From contig NZ_MWQY01000011.1 in assembly GCF_002087085.1 (NCBI RefSeq), forward strand, positions 124,001-180,301: 56,301 nt of DNA, in the 5' to 3' direction. Under the pieces are notes generated by a model that did no database searches, was not told the origin of the DNA, and worked only from the letters and a program-made list of their open reading frames with translations. Below are positions 50,269-56,301 of this stretch, one piece after another; within the stretch, counting starts at the first letter, position 1, and each line of letters starts with the position of its first letter. The translations under genes and the position numbers were made by a program.

Positions 50269-50652
50269 CTATCGTGAGCAGATGACCTCAATTTCCACCA
50301 CGCCTCCCTTGGCCAGGGAGGAGACCCCTATACAGGAACGGGCCGGATAGTCGCCGGTAAAATATCCGGCATAAATCTCGTTCACTTTTTCAAAGTCCTT
50401 CATGTCCGTAAGGTAGATTGTCGCTTTCAGTATACTGTCGAGTCCAAGGCCGGCTTCCTCGAGGATCGCTGTAAGATTCCTGAAGACCTGCCGGGTTTCC
50501 GCCTCTACGCCGCCGGGGACTATATTGCCGGTTGCCGGATCGATCCCCAGCTGTCCTGTGGTGAATAAAAGGGAATCGTTCATCTTTGCGTGAGAAAAAG
50601 GCCCGAAAGCGGGGGGGCCATTGGGTGTGTTGAAGGCTTTTAATGTGCTCAT
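50269..50652 (-). CDS. ridA: RidA-family enamine/imine deaminase
   Basis: GPFSHA, TGQLG, VNEIY..YF....PARSC (catalytic Arg), VEIE. Confidence 0.9.
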   Translation of the reverse strand: MSTLKAFNTPNGPPAFGPFSHAKMNDSLLFTTGQLGIDPATGNIVPGGVEAETRQVFRNLTAILEEAGLGLDSILKATIYLTDMKDFEKVNEIYAGYFTGDYPARSCIGVSSLAKGGVVEIEVICSR

Positions 50653-50673
50653 GATTTTCTCCTTGAAAGGGAA

Positions 50674-51342
50674 TTAAACAGACCTGGCCTCTTTCTGTTT
50701 CATCAGGGCCCGGGTTCTTCCTATATTCTGAGTTATTCCGGGTAAATCCGAATAGAGGGCGGCTTTTTCAAAATACTGCAGAGCTTCGACGGGTTCTCCG
50801 TCTTCGTTCAGAAGGATTGAACCCAGGTTGTTTGCGGCCTGGAAGTTGGTGGAATCCAGCTCCAGGGCTTTCCGGTATGATTCCTTTGCCTTTTCCGTCT
50901 CTCCTTCCTTCTGGAAACTGATCCCCTCTTCGTATTTGCTGTGGCTCTGCATGACCCTGGAAAAGGAGTTCTCCGAAGAACATTTTGCGATCCGTTCCTG
51001 GAGCAGCCGTTTCTGTTCGGGCTTTTCCACCTCCTTGAGGGCCTCGGTATAACGGGCCTTTGCCTTGTCGGCCTTACCCCAGATGTAATAGAGATCTCCA
51101 AGCGTCCTGTTCCGGGTAACGGTATATCCGTACTTTTCACACTCCTCGAGGAAATACTCTTCCGCTGTCTCGTACTCCTTCTGTGCAAGTTTAACCAGTC
51201 CCATATTGTAACTGTTGCCCACGCGTCCGGGGAATTTCCGTTCAATCTTTGAAAAGTATTTCTCCGTGCGCTCATAATCCCCCTGAATAAGGGAATTGAA
51301 GGCCTTGTGGTACCAACTCTTGAGCTGTATTTCTTTTATCAT
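50674..51342 (-). CDS. Tetratricopeptide repeat protein
   Basis: YNMGLV, LGDLYY, AANNLGS TPR-like helices. Confidence 0.8.
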   Translation of the reverse strand: MIKEIQLKSWYHKAFNSLIQGDYERTEKYFSKIERKFPGRVGNSYNMGLVKLAQKEYETAEEYFLEECEKYGYTVTRNRTLGDLYYIWGKADKAKARYTEALKEVEKPEQKRLLQERIAKCSSENSFSRVMQSHSKYEEGISFQKEGETEKAKESYRKALELDSTNFQAANNLGSILLNEDGEPVEALQYFEKAALYSDLPGITQNIGRTRALMKQKEARSV

Positions 51343-51403
51343 GAATTACTCAATCACGAAGCGAAACCGGTAATCCGGCTCCGCTTCGTGTATAAAATTT
51401 AGA

Positions 51404-52735
51404 TTAGATGAAAAGAGAGAGAATAAAGACGATGATGAATGCGGTAATACCCTGTACACCCGTTGCTGTGGTGTAGATCTTGTAGGCAATGGGAGTCTCG
51501 ATGCCGGAGAACTGGGACACAACCCAGAAATAGGAGTCGTTGGCATGAGAAACAACCATGGCACCGCTTCCGATGGCAAGAACCGTAAGGGCCGGATCCA
51601 GTCCGAAGGTGCCGAGCAGGGGCGCCAGAATTGCGGAAGTCGTGATCAGGGCTACGGTACCGCTTCCCTGGGCGGTCTTGAGGGAGACGGAAATGATAAA
51701 GGGAAGCAGGATTCCCAGTTTCCATCCGGACATGGTTTCTCCGATGAAGTTCGCCATGGGAGATGCCTTAAGTACCGCACCGAAGGCTCCACCGGCACCG
51801 GTTATTGCAATAATAAGGGCCGCATTCTTGAGACCTTCGCTCATCCATTCGCTGACGGCAGTCTTTTCCACACTCTTCTTGACCAGGGTCAGGGAGACGA
51901 TCACACCGATTACAAGAGCGGTTACGGGATCTCCGATAAAGGAGATAAAGGTTGCGAACCCGCCGTCGCCAAAGGGCTTGGTCGGGAAGGCTGCCAGAGA
52001 CTTGAGGAGGATCAGGATAATCGGAATAAGCAGGGGAAGTGAGGAATGGAAGGCTGTCGGAAGATGGCCGTACTTCTTGATGAGGCTGTCGTAATCTTCT
52101 TCAACATCCGCTTTGATATCATACTTGCTGCCGATTTTGAGGGCCCAGATATATCCTGCCAGCATGGAAAAGATGGAAACAATGGCGCCCAGGAAGATAA
52201 CCTTACCCAGGTCTGCACCCAGGTTTCCCGCAGCGGCAATGGGGCCGGGGGTAGGAGGAACAAGGGCGTGGGTCGCGTGGAGTCCGGTTGCCAGGGCAAC
52301 GGCCATTACACCCATGGAAGTTCCGGTCTTGGCGGACAGTGCCTTGTTCAGGGGAGTAAGGATTACAAAGCCTGAGTCGCAGAATACAGGTACGGATACA
52401 ATATATCCGGCAATACTCATGGCAAGGGGAGCCCTGTTATTTCCAACAACCTTCAGGATTGCCTGGGTTATGGAAAGGGCAGCTCCGGTCTTCTCCATGA
52501 TAAAGCCGATGATTGTTCCGCAGAGGATTACAATACCGATTGAGCCGAGGGTCCCTCCGAAACCGCCCTTGATGGTATTGACGATATCCAGCAGAGGAAG
52601 CCGGACCGCAAGACCAAACAGGAAAGCCACGGAGATGAGCACGAAAAATGGATTCATGTTCCATTTTGAAGTAGCCAGAACAATGAGAACAACGGCTACT
52701 AACAGGAAAATGATTGCTACACCACCTGAAACCAT
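51404..52735 (-). CDS. GntP/DsdX-family permease
   Basis: PVFCDSGF, HALVPPTPGP, GAGGAFG, KTAQGS.TVA, SHANDSYFW. Confidence 0.95.
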   Translation of the reverse strand: MVSGGVAIIFLLVAVVLIVLATSKWNMNPFFVLISVAFLFGLAVRLPLLDIVNTIKGGFGGTLGSIGIVILCGTIIGFIMEKTGAALSITQAILKVVGNNRAPLAMSIAGYIVSVPVFCDSGFVILTPLNKALSAKTGTSMGVMAVALATGLHATHALVPPTPGPIAAAGNLGADLGKVIFLGAIVSIFSMLAGYIWALKIGSKYDIKADVEEDYDSLIKKYGHLPTAFHSSLPLLIPIILILLKSLAAFPTKPFGDGGFATFISFIGDPVTALVIGVIVSLTLVKKSVEKTAVSEWMSEGLKNAALIIAITGAGGAFGAVLKASPMANFIGETMSGWKLGILLPFIISVSLKTAQGSGTVALITTSAILAPLLGTFGLDPALTVLAIGSGAMVVSHANDSYFWVVSQFSGIETPIAYKIYTTATGVQGITAFIIVFILSLFI

Positions 52736-52765
52736 AGATACCTCCAGTCGAAATTATTATGCTAG

Positions 52766-52796
52766 CCATTGTACAACGGTATTTCTTATCCCGCAA
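52766..52796 (-). promoter_or_regulatory. sigma70 promoter TTGCGG-N17-TACAAT with palindrome CC-N-TTGTACAA-N-GG over the -10
   Basis: -35 at 52791-52796, -10 at 52768-52773; GntR-type TGT-ACA core. Confidence 0.55.
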
Positions 52797-52801
52797 TGAA
52801 T

Positions 52802-52841
52802 AAAAAAAGACCAAAACAGGCTTCATGGAACTGTTTTGGCC
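52802..52841 (-). terminator. Rho-independent terminator after the SDR gene
   Basis: CCAAAACAG...CTGTTTTGG stem followed by TCTTTTTTT on the - strand. Confidence 0.75.
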
Positions 52842-52879
52842 GTGGAGTTATGGAGATTGAATACTATTTCCAGTAACGA

Positions 52880-53653
52880 TCAGGACCTCTTGTACATCAC
52901 TCCCCCCGTTGCCTGGTTTGTGGGGGTCACTGTAACCTCGCAGATCTGGACGTGTTCCGGTACCGATGCGGCATAGAGGGCGATATCCGCGATATCCTCC
53001 GGTCTGAGGGCTTCGATTCCCCGGTACACGGAGGCAGCCTTCTGTTCATCTCCCTTGAAACGGACATTGCTGAAATTGGTCTCCACCATTCCGGGCTGAA
53101 TATTGCTGACCCGTATCGGCTGGTCCACCGTATCCATGCGTAAACCGTCACTCAGGATTTTTACCGCCGCCTTGGTGGCGCAGTACACCGCACCCCGGGG
53201 ATACGCCGCGATTCCTGCGGTGGACCCGATATTTATTACCTGTCCGCCTCCGCGTTCGATCATCCCCGGTACAATAGTGCGGGTCAGATAAAGGAGACCT
53301 TTGACGTTGGTATCGATCATTGTCTCCCAGTCGTCAAACTCCCCCTCCTGAAGCTTGTCCATTCCAAGGGCAAGCCCGGCATTATTGATCAGTATGTCGA
53401 CGGCTTTCCATTCATCCGGAAGGCTCCGGATACTGTCCTGTACTGCCCTTCGGTCGCTTATATCCAGTTCGAGGCTGTGGACCTCTGCCCCGTGCTTCCG
53501 CGAAAGTTCCTCCGCGACCTTTTTCAGGCCGGCGATACTGCGGGAGCTGATTATGAGCCGTGCACCCCCGGCGGCAAAGAGCTCGGCACATGCTCTGCCG
53601 ATTCCGCTGCTTGCTCCACTTATGAATACTGTCTTTCCGTCAATTCCTGCCAT
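52880..53653 (-). CDS. SDR oxidoreductase, YdfG-like (NADP-dependent 3-hydroxy acid dehydrogenase)
   Basis: SGASSGIG, INNAGLALG, DTNVKG, YCATK, QPGMVETNFS.VRF.GD. Confidence 0.92.
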   Translation of the reverse strand: MAGIDGKTVFISGASSGIGRACAELFAAGGARLIISSRSIAGLKKVAEELSRKHGAEVHSLELDISDRRAVQDSIRSLPDEWKAVDILINNAGLALGMDKLQEGEFDDWETMIDTNVKGLLYLTRTIVPGMIERGGGQVINIGSTAGIAAYPRGAVYCATKAAVKILSDGLRMDTVDQPIRVSNIQPGMVETNFSNVRFKGDEQKAASVYRGIEALRPEDIADIALYAASVPEHVQICEVTVTPTNQATGGVMYKRS

Positions 53654-53781
53654 GCTTCTGCCTCGTCTTCTGCTATATTCGCTTCCCAGTATATTTATTA
53701 AGCGGGTGTGCTGTAAAGGGAAGCTCCCGATCGGGATCAGGCGTGGTTCTTCCTCCGGCGGAATATTCTGTGGACAATGTC

Positions 53782-53823
53782 TTGACAATCAAACTAAATA
53801 GATATACCTTGATAGTCAAGGTA
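53782..53823 (+). promoter_or_regulatory. Promoter TTGACA-N17-TACCTT with operators TTGA-CAA-TCAA and TACCTTGA-TAG-TCAAGGTA
   Basis: Perfect 8-bp-arm palindrome at 53805-53823; second TTGA-N3-TCAA site over the -35. Confidence 0.75.
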
Positions 53824-53828
53824 ATTAT

Positions 53829-54239
53829 ATGAACGAAAGGTATTCCCGAATTCTTGTAGAGTTTTTCGAACTTATGTCCTCCTGGGAGAACAGCATCGTA
53901 GCGGACAGGGAGATTTCCCTGCCCCAGATGCACCTTCTGGAAATCCTCGGAAGTCGCAAAGAGCTGAGAATGAAGGAGCTGGCCGCATTTCTGGGAGTAA
54001 CCACCGGTACCCTGACGGTAATGATTCATCGCCTTCTTTCGAAAGGATATGTAACAAAGAAAAGGGATGAATCGGACAGGCGGTCTTTTATCATCGGTCT
54101 CTCCGCAAAAGGAGAATCGGAATACGGGAATCATCATCAGATGCACATGAATCTTATTGAAGAGATTATTGATGAGCTGGGAGCCGGGGAGAGTGACCGG
54201 TTCTTCTCGCGCCTTGAGCAGCTGCAGCGTGTTTTCTAA
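53829..54239 (+). CDS. MarR-family regulator with AdcR/ZitR-like His ligands
   Basis: MKELA..LGVT.GTLT, DRRS; QMHLLE and HHQMH. Confidence 0.88.
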   Translation: MNERYSRILVEFFELMSSWENSIVADREISLPQMHLLEILGSRKELRMKELAAFLGVTTGTLTVMIHRLLSKGYVTKKRDESDRRSFIIGLSAKGESEYGNHHQMHMNLIEEIIDELGAGESDRFFSRLEQLQRVF

Positions 54240-54250
54240 GGAGTACAGGA

Positions 54251-55138
54251 ATGAATCAAAGGCTTTGTGATCAGTACAGGGTACCGGAAGGAAATCACCG
54301 CAATATGCGGAAAACCTCTGTCGTTGTGGTTTTGACACTGGGAACCATGGTTGCCGAAATCGTATTCGGCCTGATCACCGGTTCCATGTCCCTGCTTGCT
54401 GACGGTATACACATGGGTACTCACACCTTTGCTCTGCTTATAACCCTTATAGCCTACGTTGTAGCGGAACGGAATGCGGGTAACCAGAATTTCGCCTTTT
54501 CCTCGGGCAAGGTGGGGATTCTGGGGGGCTATACGAATGCGATTATCCTCGGGATAACCGCCCTCTTTATGGTTGTCGAGGCGGCTGAACGGCTGATAAA
54601 TCCGAAAGAGATCAGTTTCAACCAGGCCCTGGTAATTGCTCTTATAGGTCTGGTGGTCAATCTGTTCAGCGCATTCCTGCTTTCAGCTCCTCACCAGGGG
54701 CAAGAACATGGGCATCAGGGACATCATCATGATCATAACCTTCGGGCTGCATATCTTCATGTCATAACTGATGCGATGACTTCGGTTCTTGCAATAATCG
54801 CCCTGCTTTCCGGAAAAATATTCTCCCAGACCTGGCCCGATGCTGTCGTCGCCATTCTGGGGGCTCTGGTTATCCTGAAGTGGGCCTACGGACTGCTTGT
54901 CTCCAGCGGAAAACTCCTGGTGGATTACTATCCCGTCAGGGAGGACCGGGCCAGTATTATGGAGCTGGCATCTTCCTACGATATTACGGTACAGGACCTG
55001 CACATATGGAAAACCTCCGAGAACGACAAGGCCATGGTTCTCAAGGTGCGTTCAGAGAAGGGCTTTGACAGGAACAGCTTCTACAACCAGGCACTGGCCG
55101 CCTGCGACTGTCAGCATCTGACCCTGGAAGTGGAGTAG
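54251..55138 (+). CDS. dmeF: CDF-family Co/Ni efflux transporter
   Basis: LLADGIHMGTH, GKVGILGGYTNA, His-rich loop, NLRAAYLHVITDA, DLHIW, HLTLE. Confidence 0.88.
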   Translation: MNQRLCDQYRVPEGNHRNMRKTSVVVVLTLGTMVAEIVFGLITGSMSLLADGIHMGTHTFALLITLIAYVVAERNAGNQNFAFSSGKVGILGGYTNAIILGITALFMVVEAAERLINPKEISFNQALVIALIGLVVNLFSAFLLSAPHQGQEHGHQGHHHDHNLRAAYLHVITDAMTSVLAIIALLSGKIFSQTWPDAVVAILGALVILKWAYGLLVSSGKLLVDYYPVREDRASIMELASSYDITVQDLHIWKTSENDKAMVLKVRSEKGFDRNSFYNQALAACDCQHLTLEVE

Positions 55139-55157
55139 TCCAGGGTCTTACAGGACC

Positions 55158-56198
55158 CTATAACAGATGTATCCCCGCCTCCAGGCAGCGCTGCAGGTGA
55201 TCTTCCGGCCAGAGACCCGACTGGATCTCCCCTATGTGGGCTTTCTGGAGATAGAGCATGCAGAGCCGGGACTGGCCGATTCCGCCGCCGATGGAGAGGG
55301 GCAGTTCGCCGCCGAGGAGCCTCCGGTGAAAGTACAGCTTTTTCCGGTTCTCCGCCCCCGCCGCGGCAAGCTGTTTTTCCAGACTATCCGGGCTTACCCG
55401 GATACCCATGGATGAGAGCTCAAAGGGCATATCCAGCACCCGGTTATATACAAGAATGTCCCCGTTCAGGCCCTGGAGTCCCTCCGGGGTTTCGCTGATC
55501 CAGTCGTCGTAGTCCGGCGCCCGTCCGTCGTGGGGTTTTCCGTCGGAAAGAGGGGCGCCGATTCCGGCGACAAAAACCGCGCCGTATTCCCGGCAGGCTT
55601 CAAGCTCCCGTTCCCTGGGAGAGAGCCCGGGATAGCGGTCCAGCAGCTCCTGACTGTGAATAAAGGTTATCTCCTCCGGCAGACAGTGGGAGAGCTCTTC
55701 ATACTCATGGCAGATGTACTTTTCGGTACGGCGGATTACGTCGTAAATTTTGCGAACAATTTTCTCCAGAAAAGCCCTGTTCCGCTGCTCAGGAAGAATG
55801 TTCAGTTCCCAGTCCCACTGGTCAACATAGAGGGAGTGGGTATTGTCGGGGTTCTCGTCGGGGCGTATGGCGTTCATGTCGGCGTAGAGCCCCTCCCCGG
55901 GTTCGAATCCCAGGTCCGCCAGGGCCATCCGCTTCCACTTTGCCAGGGACTGGACGATCTCGGCGCGCCGGTCTGCCAGGTGTTTAACCGGAAAGGAGAC
56001 GGGCCGTTCCACACCGTTGAGATCGTCATTTATTCCGGTGCCGGATTCAACGAAGAGCGGGGCGGTTACCCGGACGAGATTGAGCTCGAAGGCAAGATTG
56101 GTCTGGAAATAGTCTTTTATTCTGAGTATTGCCCGTTCGGTCTCCCGGGGGCTAAGAATTTCACGATAGTCGGCTGGAAGCAGCAAGGTATCTTTCAT
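55158..56198 (-). CDS. asnA: Aspartate-ammonia ligase
   Basis: NDDLNGVERPV, SLAKWKR, YVDQWDWE, HDGRAPDYDDW, ELSSMGIRV, IGGGIGQSR. Confidence 0.97.
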   Translation of the reverse strand: MKDTLLLPADYREILSPRETERAILRIKDYFQTNLAFELNLVRVTAPLFVESGTGINDDLNGVERPVSFPVKHLADRRAEIVQSLAKWKRMALADLGFEPGEGLYADMNAIRPDENPDNTHSLYVDQWDWELNILPEQRNRAFLEKIVRKIYDVIRRTEKYICHEYEELSHCLPEEITFIHSQELLDRYPGLSPRERELEACREYGAVFVAGIGAPLSDGKPHDGRAPDYDDWISETPEGLQGLNGDILVYNRVLDMPFELSSMGIRVSPDSLEKQLAAAGAENRKKLYFHRRLLGGELPLSIGGGIGQSRLCMLYLQKAHIGEIQSGLWPEDHLQRCLEAGIHLL

Positions 56199-56301
56199 GG
56201 GAGTGAGGGTAGCATTTTTAATTCCTTTTGGGGAGCACCAGGGCCGGCGCACATAGTTATGCACAGGCAGTCGGCTCGAAGAGCGATAGGTAAATTTTTA
56301 T

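Noticed and set aside
1..56301. IS elements, prophage, defence islands, tRNA/rRNA
   Set aside because: No transposase, integrase, phage, nuclease-effector or structural RNA signatures were recognised by eye. tRNAscan/Infernal/DefenseFinder would be needed to exclude them formally.

Overview
Gene-dense, fairly GC-rich bacterial chromosome segment with about 50 CDS. It most likely comes from a free-living spirochaete (Spirochaetaceae). This is an inference from the spd/mitochondrial-type EF-G1, the carD-ispD-ispF-nth string and several spirochaete-style hypothetical proteins. Most content is housekeeping or metabolic: slyD, thyX, fusA, nth, ispDF, carD, malQ, oppA-like, an aroF-pheA fusion, leuS, asnA, dmeF and transporters. 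No rRNA, tRNA, CRISPR, IS or prophage was recognised. Main points of interest: (1) a 6.1-17.3 kb candidate cyclic-nucleotide signalling locus, in which a LamG/FN3-TPR-HDOD-MBL hydrolase-degenerate GGDEF operon lies back-to-back with a pseudokinase-REC-adenylate cyclase gene, with sigma28-like -10 boxes on both strands of the spacer; (2) a REP-like hairpin cluster with a 4x73-bp tandem repeat; (3) a DUF4914-like gene broken by one in-frame TGA; (4) a switch-like 5' leader upstream of a response regulator/oppA pair; (5) many apparently leaderless genes; (6) an AdcR-like MarR regulator with a clear operator in front of dmeF. All family calls come from motif recognition by eye; no database searches were run.
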